Assembly (NCBI GenBank): GCA_964035545.1
Contig: OZ037767.1
Location: 22,398,628-22,462,627, forward strand
DNA: 64,000 nucleotides
Origin: Bugula neritina
Taxonomy: Eukaryota > Animalia > Bryozoa
Direction of reading: 5' to 3'
Each line of letters opens with the position of its first letter. The stretch's first letter is position 1. The position numbers and the translations under genes were made by a program. Positions 38,490 to 50,584 of the stretch are shown here, piece after piece. Below the pieces are notes generated by a model. That model did no database searches and had not been told where the DNA came from. It worked only from the letters and a program-made list of their open reading frames with translations.

Positions 38490-38628
38490 TATAAGCAGCT
38501 CCAAGATGGAGGTTAATGGGTGCAGTAGTTTAAGGTTCTCAAGTTGGAGTGTAAATTGGATCCTCAACTCCAAACTCAAGAATCTCAAACTAGCGCACTT
38601 AATTACCCCCAACTCGAAGCCGCTTATA
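38490..38628 (+). mobile_element. Diverged copy of the ~138-bp MITE
   Basis: Ends tataagcagctcc / gaagccgcttata; almost the same length, and internal caactc[ct]aaactcaaga shared with 24999-25136. Confidence 0.65.
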
Positions 38629-39031
38629 GAATGATTGAGTTTTTATGAAAAGCCTTTAAATCACCCTTATTTTATCTAAACGCCACATTAATATTGCTTT
38701 TGCTAATAAGCCTGGCCAGTAAATGTCTTGTCAAACTAGCTACGAACTAAGCTATTTTCTAAGATGTATATTTACTTTATTTTAAAGCCTGGCATAAAAA
38801 TGTGCCACGGATTATCATAAGACAGCTGGCTTAAGTACCAATCTTTATTTTCGCTAGCTTTTAATGTAAAAAATGCAAGTGCTACATTAACTAGAATCAG
38901 TTTACTCTGCTAACTACAAAAATATACCAAGCTTTAGCAAAAGTTAGGCATAATTGTAAAAAAGTAGACTTGATAAAAACAGTGTTTTAAAAAAAGCTCA
39001 TTATTTCATTATAACTTTCTTAGCAGATAGC

Positions 39032-41950
39032 TCAAAAAGCTTCTAACTCTCCCTTTTCACCGATTGTATTTGTATTAGAGTTAGCAGCGCTGTCAACAGT
39101 ATCCATGGCAACACTGTCAACAGTAGTCATTGCAACACTGTCATCAGTAGTATTTATGGTGTCAGTATTAGTTATAATCATACTATCAGTGTTGGAAATA
39201 GTGTTAGTGGTAGTTTTCAAAGTGCCAGTCTTTGTGACAGTCCCGCCCTGTGACCCATCCATTTCCCTGTACAATTGGCCAAGATTGTCCGCATCCAGTG
39301 TCACTATTGTACAGAACCCATCTATAGATGACACAATCAAATACCTCCCATCTTTAGACCTGAACCATAAATATATAATGAACTAAAAAACTGGTCAAAA
39401 TGAAAAAAATATTTCTGCTCACAGCACTGGAGGCTGAATAAATGAGCCATGTGGAGCACAATCTGAAAAACCCCTCACTTACTGCCTGCATATGTTTTTT
39501 CCTTGGTTGGTTCATATATGAAAGATGAATTTTTATAATTTAAGAGCTACGAAAACAAAAAAAACTTTAAAAAGTATGAACATGCACCATAACCTCTCAG
39601 CAAAGAGTTGAAATATTTGTTTATATTTTGTATTTGCAACACCTCTTTAGTTTTACGCACAGAAACAGATATATTGGCAGCTAAAATTCTATAAATGGGT
39701 GCACTAAATAAAGTGACCCAAATATAGCTCACCAGGCAATGTCTGTGAGCTGTTCGTAATGAATGGAGTTGATACAAGCAAAAGGGGCACGTTGTTGAGT
39801 GTCATAGAGTAAGATGTTATCTAGCGTAGCCACAGCGTACAGCATACGGTAAGGGAGTCTACAAACAGCACCCAATAGTCTGCTATACACAAAAATATAA
39901 CCATCAAGGGCATCTTTAAAATATTATATGAATTCAGTAAAAACAGTACTTTTGAGCAAAATAAGCTTTTCTAAAATGTTTTCGCAATTCATCATGCAAG
40001 GAGCAAATTGATTGGATTCATCATGTAAAGGAAAACTTGATTAGGCAAACCTGAAGAGAGAAGTAGAGCTTTCCCTTAATTTGAATATTTGAGGACAGAA
40101 TCGAACAGCAATGGCAGGAGACTTCCCCGTTGGAAGGCAGAGAACTGGACTGAAAATGTAGACAGTTATAAGGACTGTTATTAGACTACAATCAATAGCT
40201 AGCTACAGCTCCACTTACAACCACACAGTGTGGAGCATCTCACCTGTCAACAACCTGGAAGATAATCTCAAAAACAAGTAAACAATAAAACATAACTGGA
40301 TAAATCTTGTAAATTCATAGCAGCAAGCAAAGATAAAACCACCAACAACTTTTCATTAACAGATTGTAAATAGGTGAAAATTTGCATTAGTTTGAAAAAT
40401 AAACTTAAAAGAACATAAACTGCATTAATAATCAATTCATCAGCATTTCTGCTCTATGGAATATTTTAGGTTTTCAACAGCTAACAGCTTTTAATGAGCC
40501 AGTGCATTTTTACATTAAATAGAAGCAAGAACAAAAACCAGAGGCTACAGGGCTGGCTGGCTAAAGGGCGTGGTGGAAGACATAGATGACCCGGTTGTTA
40601 GCTGTACCTGCTGCTACAACCTGAGATGGCTCCAACTGGTATTTAACTGCACCACTAATTCCTCCTAATCCAACAATATTTTATTTAATCTTCTAGATTT
40701 TAGATTGATCTCCTATTCCATTAATGTGTACATTAATCCTAACATTATCCTCTGGGTGTACTGAGAAATTTCTTTTATTTTTTACTCCTAGTAATTTTAT
40801 GCTGTCTAGTGGGGCAGAGAAAAAGCTCATATATCTTTCTACAGTAATTTGTCTCTATTCCATTAAAAGAAAATAGTTTTCATGGAAAGCAGATATAATT
40901 CAAGCAGAAGATCTTAGTACAGCATATCCATTCTGGTTAAAACATTTTATTAAACAGCCCTTGCTTTTGGTAAAATAATGCTTGCTATACATTATTTCTA
41001 AATTAGAAATGCTTTAAAGTCTTTACCTGTATAGCAACACTAGAACTAAAGTTTAATCATTTTCTTTACATTAGATCCATAACCAAGTATAACATGGAAC
41101 TGTGCAAGGCTGTAACATCAACCAATACTTTCATTCTTAAATTAAGGAGTTGTCTTCACTAATTGCTAAACTAGATGTTAGAGAGCAACACAAATCCCAG
41201 ATTCTACTATGGGTGTGAAGGAGATTCTAATTTAGGTTACTGCATGTTAAGATACACTCTCCTAAAATTGAAATTCTATGTTTAATTTTGTGTGCTTACG
41301 CAGATTCCATAAGGAATTGTCAAACCAATGACATCATTCTAGCTCTGCAGTTCGAGCTTTAACTATTTTTATTTTTTAACATAAACAAACAATGTCTATA
41401 ATGTCTGAGATCGGCAGAACTGATAAACATATGGTAAACAATGTGTTTTCATTCCCACAGCACTTTTAAATAAATACTTGGACCAAACCATTTTCTGAGC
41501 CAGAAGCATTACAACTTCAATTGCAAAGCTCCTTAATAACCTGCTATATTGAAGAGTCCCTCACAAGGTACATTATTTAATTATTCCCAGAACTGTTGAA
41601 TATCTGCTACATACAACTTCAGGGTAGTATGCCCAAACATATTGGTTCTATAATAGATTTTGTTCATACACATCTCCAGTGTCTGAGGCACTATAGAACT
41701 GATACTTATTAATACTGATTTTCATTCCTAGCTATTCATTGCTCTTGCAGCACTCAGATTCATCATTAAATTGGCTTAAATGTTTAAAACACAGGCTATA
41801 CATGCTGGGAAATGAGAAAAATGAAACTACCCCCCCCCCCCTCCTATAAGTGTTAAGAGTCAGTTGACAATAATTAGTATCAGTTCTATAAAATAATAAC
41901 CTCATCAGCAAGTGAGCATTATCCCGAACTAACTCAAGACATATATATAC

Positions 41951-42010
<60 letters not shown>

Positions 42011-45000
42011 ATATATATTATATTATATATATAGATAGGACATATTACCCTGAAGTTGTATTTAGCCAATAGCCAAGATAAATTGTGTGAATTTGATACT
42101 GCATAAACGTTAGTTAGGGATTTTTCTCACCAGGGTAATATCAACACAAAGCAAAACTACTGCAATACCAAGGCTGCAAGCATAGTTGGATTAAGGCAAT
42201 GATATTTCTTCTTAAACATATAAAAAGCTATTAGTCATTGTATAACATTACTACAAATATATAGTGTAACTAGGTTATTAGCACGTCTTATTAACACCCA
42301 TCAACAGAGAGGAAATGAAAAGAGCCGAGTGTCAGATAGGAACCATAGATGATGAGAAATGGAGTAGATGTAGCGGAAGTAGTATTTAGCTGACTGGTGA
42401 AGTGAATTAATAGATAAAGAGGATTAAGAATCAAGGAGTTAATGAGATTAAACACCATCATGTGACTCCACTATGTATAAGGGTAACGTCAGGGGATTTA
42501 TAAAATACATATATCATTCTGCTAGTAATATAATCAGGCTTATCCCATTACAATGATCTTAAGATGCTAGGTTGTTATGATGAGATATGATAAATGTACT
42601 AGCAGTGAATGGTACGTGACTGGGGAAGGGGAAATAATAACAGCTCAGGTCACACAGCTAGTCGGGTGAAAAGATGTCTGTCAAACTCAAACCTAAACAT
42701 TACAAACCCAACCAGTTTATTTTTACAAATTTGAAAAGAATTTAAAACAGCAATAATACCTGGCCCATTGTAAAAGCCAGAATTTCAACAATGGACAATA
42801 TTGTTTGGTGTCAATGGGTGCGAAATTTGACTTGTAGAAATTAAAAATAACTCACTGAGACAGTGGTGGAGCTAAAATGATAATAGGGGGAGGTGGGGGG
42901 GAGGCAAAATCCCCAGTTATTAATAGTACCTATGTCATGAAGAACATTGAAATATGAAACTGAATATAAGAATCAGTCATAATTTGTAAAGAGCAGACTG
43001 GCTGTTGCGGCAGCTAAGCATTTATCTATGACACTTCTACCAAACTCTACAAAAACATTAAGTACTCCAATACACACACAAAAACATGGAAAATACTATC
43101 ACAATGCCTTAAATAGCTGAAAATTTCTCAGAGTTGAAGCACACTTACTTCTCCAAATTATTGTGCTGAAAAATATACACAACGTTTATTTGCACCATCT
43201 GTTCATCTGAGACAGGGTTTCCCCCTACACTAATACCGGTGTCTTCAGTCTCCAGCTCATGACAACCACAAGGGTAGGCAATCAGCTTGCCATCTGGGGA
43301 GAACCCAGGCCTTCTAAAGAAAGTGCTGCAATGAAAACAACATACAGTTGAAACCAAAACACAAAAACATTCCCAGTGGTGAGGTGAGCATCCATCTTGC
43401 CTTCTTCCATCAGGTGGTTATGTTTCACTTAATGAGTCATAGTTTATACAACACATTAACATGGAATTAGTAGATTATTTATTATTAATATATGAACATA
43501 GCATACTAGATAATTGAAATGTTTCCAGTAAACTAGATGGAATAATTAAAGAAATTATCAAGAGAAATACAGGGAGTTATAAAAGACTAAGAAAGTTGAA
43601 TGCTTTGAATGAGAAAAGTATTTCCTAAAGCAAATTATATTATTCCAATAAATGTATTGACTGATCAAGTAAAGGATGCGTATTAGGAGTTATCTACTAC
43701 TGAACAATATTTGATAGTATAGCAGGAGTTTACTTGGCCGCCAGCTAACAAACTTCAGATATCATAAAGGTGGTTTATAGGTTCATACATTACCAGGTTA
43801 TTGAAAAAATATGCAGGTATTATTTTAACCAAACTATTAGACCCAGTAGTTATTATAATAGAGTATTGACAGTACAGTTACTAGCACCAAACTGCTACAT
43901 TTAATATAAACTGCAAAGAGCAGTTTGTACATAGTCACTAGTCACAATATAGAAAAAGTGATGACTATAATATAATAGTGGTTATCAGAGTTATCTCCTC
44001 TATGTATACACTGTAACCTCATTTTCACAGACTACAAAGGGCAAAGTAAATCTCCTGAATACTACATCTAAAAAGATCAACAGGACCAAACTTTTACACC
44101 ATGAAAATGAATGATAATAGATTTCTATATCACTTACTCCACCATGCTGGTGTCCAAAAACATACGAATGTTTTTTGAAGCCGCATCGTCTCTATTGACT
44201 TTACCTAGACTATTTTTAACACGAGATATCCTGTGAAAAAGGTCATACTTTTTAGTGTTATAAACTATGGCCGACCTGAAATATAAACCAGCATCAGGAT
44301 TACTAACAAAAACAAGCCACTATATATGGCAAAATTTACCTAATGAGCAAGGCAACTAAAGCATAGTGTAGTTGCAGACAATATTTTTAACCAAACATAT
44401 AATTTTGCGATTATTCAAAACATTAGTTTAAGGCCCTTAATTTATTAATTAAGGCCTTAAATAAATAAAAAAGACTCAAAATAAAGAGAACTTGAAGCAG
44501 AAAGGAATTATTGTGTTAAAATTTTAACCATGTAGAAATTGGACAATTATTTAAAATCATGTGCTTTATAAATCATTTCCCAGCCTATTCATCAAAACTT
44601 CAGATGATCATATCTGTAGAAAGACAGAACCTTGCATTTTCAGTTACACATAGTAATATTAGGTAGTTGTCCTCTTTGTAGCAACAGCATATTATGGGTG
44701 CGTAACTCCAAGTTACTAGTTTACTAAGGCAAGGTTGGTCAGCAATATTTAAAGGCTTTGAAATCTTTTCTAAACTGGTAGACTGAGATCATACCTGTCG
44801 CTGCTGACTGTAGTAATATATTTATTGGAAGGATCCCACGCTACACCTTGGACATAGCCCTTGTGATGCTGAAGAATGGCTGCTTTTCTGGTAGTGTTGG
44901 TGTCCCACACATAGCTAGCATTGTCCATAGTACCTGAGACTATGAACTTAGCGTCTGGAGACCAGGCTATGTCGTATACTTCAGACCCATGACCTCTGTT

Positions 45001-47261
45001 GAAGTATTCGAAGATTTAACAAGTGAAGGGCGTCAATATATTACACTGTAGAGCTCAGTGTAGATTTATAAAGTATACACCAGTGACTGTAGATTTATGG
45101 AGTATAGAGCAGTGACTGTAGATTTATAGAGTATAGAGCAGTGACTGTATATTTATAGAGTATACAGTACTGACTGTAGATTTATAGAGTATAAAGTAGT
45201 GACTGAAGATTCATAGAGTATAGAGCAGTGACTGTAGATTTATAGAGTATAAACTAATGACTGCATATGTATATTAAAAAATATAGGGCTGTTACCAAGG
45301 AGTGACATAATGTACGTGGATACAAACCATAGACCAAACAGTTGCATATATAGATTGCATATACGAATTAGGCCCAAGCCTTTTACCGAACTTAGAACCG
45401 AAAGTTGCCGAATAGCAATATTAAACTAAAGTAGAGGGTTTACCTAAGTTGTTTCACGACGTTCCATGTTTCCCTGTTTTCCCGCTGCCTTTCACCATCA
45501 TTTAGCGAATCAGAAGCAGCGAAGATGTCCGGAATGTCAGATTCAGATTCCAGCTTCCAGATAAACAGACACCGATCTAGTTGATAGTAGGTAACATACA
45601 TTACAAGCAAGTTGTCATATACTATCTGCTACACCACTTGTTACTTGACAGGAAGTACACGATATGTGATAGTAAGTACATGCTACTCTATAGTAAGTAC
45701 ATCCTGATTAATAGTAAGTATATGCTATGTGATAGTAAGTGTATGATATGTGATAGTAAGTGTATGATATGTGATGGTAAGTACATGTTATATAATAGTT
45801 AGTATATGATATGTGATAGTAAGTGTATGATATGTGATGGTAAGTACATGTTATGTAATAGTTAGTATATGCTATGTGATAGTAGGTGTATGATATGTGA
45901 TAGTAAGTGTATGATATGTGATGGTAAGTACATGTTATATAATAGTTAGTATATGATATGTGATAGTAAACTGTACATGTTATTTAATACCATCAGACGC
46001 AGTTGCCAACAAGTCATCAGAAGGATGGAATCTGACAGCGTTGACAGCGCAGTCGTGCCGACTCAACTCTGACAAGTGCTGCACATAACCAACACCTTCA
46101 TCGTCTTCTTTTAACTCCCACACCTGCAGGTAAACTCCACGTAATAAACTCAATACGTATGGCATCACTTATACTCTAACTACCAAGCTCAACAGACATA
46201 AAACATAACATCTATTCAATAAAAATACACCAAACGCTCACAACTCCTTGGACCTGAATCTTAATAAATTAGTGTTATGTAGCCTAATAAACACTAACAA
46301 ATAATGTCTTAATTGCAAAATATAGAGGTGCTGTGCTCTGTAACCATAAATGTAACCTCTGCAAGAGGTGACAACTCAAGAAATGCCCGTTGCACTCAAC
46401 ACTCCACACTAGCAGATGTAATCACCTGTACTTTAGAGTCGGCTCCACCTGTAGCAGCTCTGACTGGGCCGGAGACGGAGTTCAGCTGTATATCAACAGT
46501 AAGCACAGTGCCCGTTGGTCCGTGCCAGTTGATCATCTGCGTGTTTACATGTCGTATCACATCGTCCCGTCCAAACACGCCACATGCTGAGATACAGAAA
46601 TAGTCGTACGAATGGGAGAATGTGAGAACTAGCTTTGTAGAAATTGGCTGTTGGACACCGTGAAAGGCGATATGCAACATTAATACTGGAACTCAAACAG
46701 TCATTGCAATTAATGTGACAGCAATGTTCAGCCTTAGTATTTCAACTCACTCTTTGGCCAGTAGCAAAATAAACCAAGTCAATCTTAGCTACAAGTTACA
46801 ATACATTTCTTGGCGATGATTGGACTTGTCTGAGTTTCATTCAAGAGGCAAATGCACCAACAATTTCCAAACTTAAAAATATATCTAAATACTCAAGAAA
46901 TGCAGTTAATAGTAAAAAATAAAGCTGATATAATATTTTAATGTTTCAGAGCAGTGAATGAGTAAAAAGTCAGTTTACCTATAATATTTGGGAATAAATT
47001 CCAATGTTTACTTTTGAAAATGAAAAACTAGTAGGGCTATTCAATTTCACTTAGGATATTTATGCTTCATAATATAAGGAATAGAAATTTTAAATAAATA
47101 AAAACTCTATTTTCACTTATTTAAGTTCCTAATCCTTATATATTGATTATTCATCATGATGATTGGATTTGACTACAACTCACGCCAATAATTTCAATTC
47201 AGTTTGAGTTTATTACCTAATCACACTAACAGTACTTACATTTTCTATTGTCTTCAGTCAT
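39032..47261 (-). CDS. CHAF1B: Chromatin assembly factor 1 subunit B (CAF-1 p60 / Cac2), WD40 repeat protein, ~505 aa
   Basis: Exons (minus): 47261-47240, 46586-46426, 46123-45991, 45576-45444, 44995-44795, 44275-44138, 43325-43149, 40149-40051, 39858-39733, 39359-39032; all GT-AG with consistent phases. Motifs INWH, LSRHDCAVNAVRFHP, LRGHGSEVYDIAWSPD, HKGYVQGVAWDP, TFFRRPGFSPDG, AVRFCP, LPYRMLYAVAT, IHYEQLTDIAWSKDG, SSIDGFCT. First exon is the least certain. Confidence 0.93.
41606..42066. mobile_element. Probable MITE with ~29-bp imperfect TIRs, containing an (AT)n tract
   Basis: gctacatacaacttcagggtagtatgccc is inverted by ggacatattaccctgaagttgtatttagc. Confidence 0.55.
45045..45264. repeat. 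29-bp minisatellite (AGTGACTGTAGATTTATAGAGTATAGAGC)n, ~7 copies, CHAF1B intron
   Basis: Directly visible. Confidence 0.9.
45652..45969. repeat. 21-bp minisatellite (GATATGTGATAGTAAGTGTAT)n, CHAF1B intron
   Basis: Directly visible, with recurring variant units. Confidence 0.9.
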
Positions 47262-48124
47262 GTTGATGCAATGCACTTTCTCGCTACTTCAAATTTATAT
47301 ATACGGCTTAAACTGGGACTGCAAGATAAAGAGCAGTTTTAAATCTAAAACCTAATACGAAAAGCAAAATTGAAGTTGAAAAAATTAATAAAAAATGTTC
47401 AGTTTCAGTAAAAGTGTATTTACTATTAGTATTGAGTGAAATACCAAATAAAAAAATAAGATAAAAAAATCCTATTAGCCTACTATTAGTATTACTATTA
47501 GCGGAATAGTTGATTATCATTATGATTATACGCAGTATAATAATTATTAAGTATTAACTCATATTCGGTATTATTATCTGAAGGACAGGCTTGTGTACAA
47601 TCCGATTTTTGAAGCTACTATTCATAACTCAGCCTCAGGTATTCTCAACACATCTGTGATCTGTCACTGTCACATGACATGACCAATCGCATTTTCATTT
47701 TGATTCAGTTTCACTAAGACTAAGAGTAAGAGACAGAGTTTTAGTGAGTCTAATGAGGTACTCCTAAAAGACTAAGATAGCTGTAAGTGGTAAGTATTAG
47801 TATAACTATAAGACTAACTCTAAGGGTAACTGTAACTATTCCTGAGTCTAATAGTAATACTGGTAGTGAGTTAGACTTAGAGCGAGAGTGCAACTGAGAG
47901 TCAGAGTGTAAGTGCTCGATTACGATTCAAGTTAAACTATTAGATTTAGTATTAGTATTACTAATTGCGATTGCAAAATCTAAATATTGAATTTCAATTT
48001 GATCATTTGAAATGCATCTATCATAACCATCTAATTCTACCATCTGTGTCTAACTCTAATACTGTAGTAAAATGAAAATGTCAACAGCGTTATATTTGCA
48101 TACGTACCCGTGGGTAGTTAATAA

Positions 48125-48142
48125 TTCCCGCGGCCGCCCAAT
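48125..48142. promoter_or_regulatory. E2F-like site next to a CCAAT box between divergent CHAF1B and SRRM1
   Basis: TTCCCGCGGCCGCCCAAT, a rare GC-rich patch in the intergenic region; E2F/NF-Y control is typical of S-phase genes. Confidence 0.45.
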
Positions 48143-48892
48143 GGTTGTTACCCTTTATGTAAACACTATTCTATTTAAGATATACACGTTAATTATTTAC
48201 AAAATAAAAAAACTAAAAAATTTTATTTGTAAGTAATTTTATTATTAAGTCTTGCTTTTGTTAAATTTTATTATTATCTACTTTCTTTTAAGACTATATT
48301 CAACCATTGATCATCAGTTTTAAGAGTTATTTTTCCTTTGTGTGTATCGCTAATCCCCCATTTTGATTTGTATAACTGAAATGCGAAAGCCGATACCATT
48401 GGCATTACTTGTTGCTTAATAATCATGATTATCATGTTTTAGAACATTAAGTGATAAAGGGATAATCATAGTAATAATACTGATAGTTGTTGTTAAACTT
48501 AAACTAAATACTGATAGTCATACTCATAGTGATCACTGTAAAGTGTGATGTAGTGTAAATCGTATAACCATAAATTTAAAATATTATTATAATTTTAAAT
48601 AATATTATTAATATAATATAAATATTATAAATCCTAAAATAAAAATTAAATCATAATGATAAATGAAATCATGTAAGTAGTAACTAGGTTAGAAGACTAA
48701 GTTTTTTTTTAATAAGTATGACGTATAACTATAATCATAATGATAATGATAATTATTAATTATTAACGAATAAAATTAAATCGTAACACTAACAGTAACA
48801 CTAACAGTAAAACTAAATGTAAAACTAATACAGTAAATGTAATAGTAATATAAATCATACTCATGCTCATACTGATAGTGATATATTATTCT

Positions 48893-49280
48893 TATATATA
48901 TTAGTTTTCATCTACACACTGTGACTGTTTTAAGGTTGGATGCTTAAACAATTTTGTTTTATAATGAATTTTGTGTGAGTATGTGCTGAAATGATATGGG
49001 ATTTCAGATCGCTTGTAAATGATGTTCCCAGTCGGCTTTAACTTTACCGCTACTATAAGAATTAGCTACTATAAGAATTAGCTACTATCACTATGAGAAT
49101 TAGCTATAATTAATACAAGTTTTATAGTAGCGGTAAAGTTAAAGCCGACTGGGAACGTCATTTCCAAGCGATCTGAAATCCCATATCATTTCAGCACATA
49201 CTCACACAAAATTCATTATAAAACAAAATTGTTTAGGCATCCAACTTTAAAACAGTGTGTAGATGAAAACTAATATATAT
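48893..49280. repeat. Long inverted repeat (foldback), ~165-bp arms, ~63-bp spacer
   Basis: 48893-49058 is the reverse complement of 49122-49280 with few mismatches and one short indel; spacer has gctactataagaatta repeats. Confidence 0.92.
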
Positions 49281-49625
49281 ATAAAAATATTTTAACACTG
49301 CATAAGAGAAGTGTGCCAGGGGTTCTTTAAGTTTGACTCAAACCTTACTCCTTAGTACTAATAGTGATGTCACTGATAGTAATTATTAGTCATACTATTA
49401 GTAAAACTATTAGTATTAGTATTACTTTTAATGTTACACTTACTATTACTATATTAGACTTTAGTAATACTAATATTATAAGTTGCTGTTATTAATTGTT
49501 TATTATTATAATTATTAAACTTAGTATATGAATCATTTTTATTTACTTTAACTTAATAAATAGTCTTTGACATACTTCGTTTATATAGTATTGAAACATT
49601 CATATATATCTTAGTTATCATCTTT

Positions 49626-49745
49626 AAACTGTTTGAAGGTTGTATGCTCAAACAACTTTGTTTTATAATAAATTCCGAACAAAAATGTCTTGAATTAATT
49701 TGAGATTTCTGATCGCCTGCTGGTGGCATTTCCAGTCGGCTCTAA
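49626..49745 (+). repeat. Diverged solo copy of the foldback arm
   Basis: actgtttgaaggttgtatgctcaaacaactttgttttataat...gatttctgatcgc...ccagtcggct aligns with 48924-49040. Confidence 0.7.
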
Positions 49746-50584
49746 AAATAGAAACTATTGCTGACTTTCATTGCTTAGCTACTGAAGCGCTCAACTTAAT
49801 CACCAATCAATAAAATGTAAACTTTGAACAAAACAGCCTTTAGCAATAACCATACAGTTTTGGGCTCAATACACTGTTAATTTTAGCATGTATATTTATT
49901 AGAATGAGATGTTTTACTAATTTCCATGGGTTTAAATAGTTCTGAGTGAAATTCTCTATGCCACTTCAAAGAAGTGTTTCATATGTTGGTTAGATGAGCT
50001 TACACTAGTGGAAAGCCAATCACCAGATCTGCCTCACTGAAATAGAATGCATTAATATGAATAACTTATATAAATCATTTAAATTAATGTGAATCATTTA
50101 CTTTTTATCTCTTTCAGGTGTAACTTTGCACTTGCCATAAGCCCTAAAGCCTATTTATATCCTATTCTGATGTAGTGTTTGAGCACGTGACAACAACAGT
50201 TGTACGGAATCAAATCATGGTTTTTCTCCCTAATATATATACCTTTTGCAATTTATGCAAATTTGTTTCATCTTTTCACAATATTTTGATACTTCTAACT
50301 TGTAACCAAGTTATACTTGCTAAAAGTTATAAGACCCATAAATGTACTTATGTTCTATTGGAAATTAATTGTTTCTCTATACAGCATGTAGTGCGGTTGG
50401 GTAAGTTCTTTTGAACTGTTGAAGGCAACGTTGTTTTAATAGAAGTATGGATATATTTGTTCAATTTAGTTTCATCGTAAAACTTTTTTGTAATACCTTT
50501 AGTGAAAGTTCGCTGTTGCTTGACTTAACTTGGTCAGTTAAGGCTGTCAGTTAACTTCCTTGGACTTGTTTAACTAAATTAATC

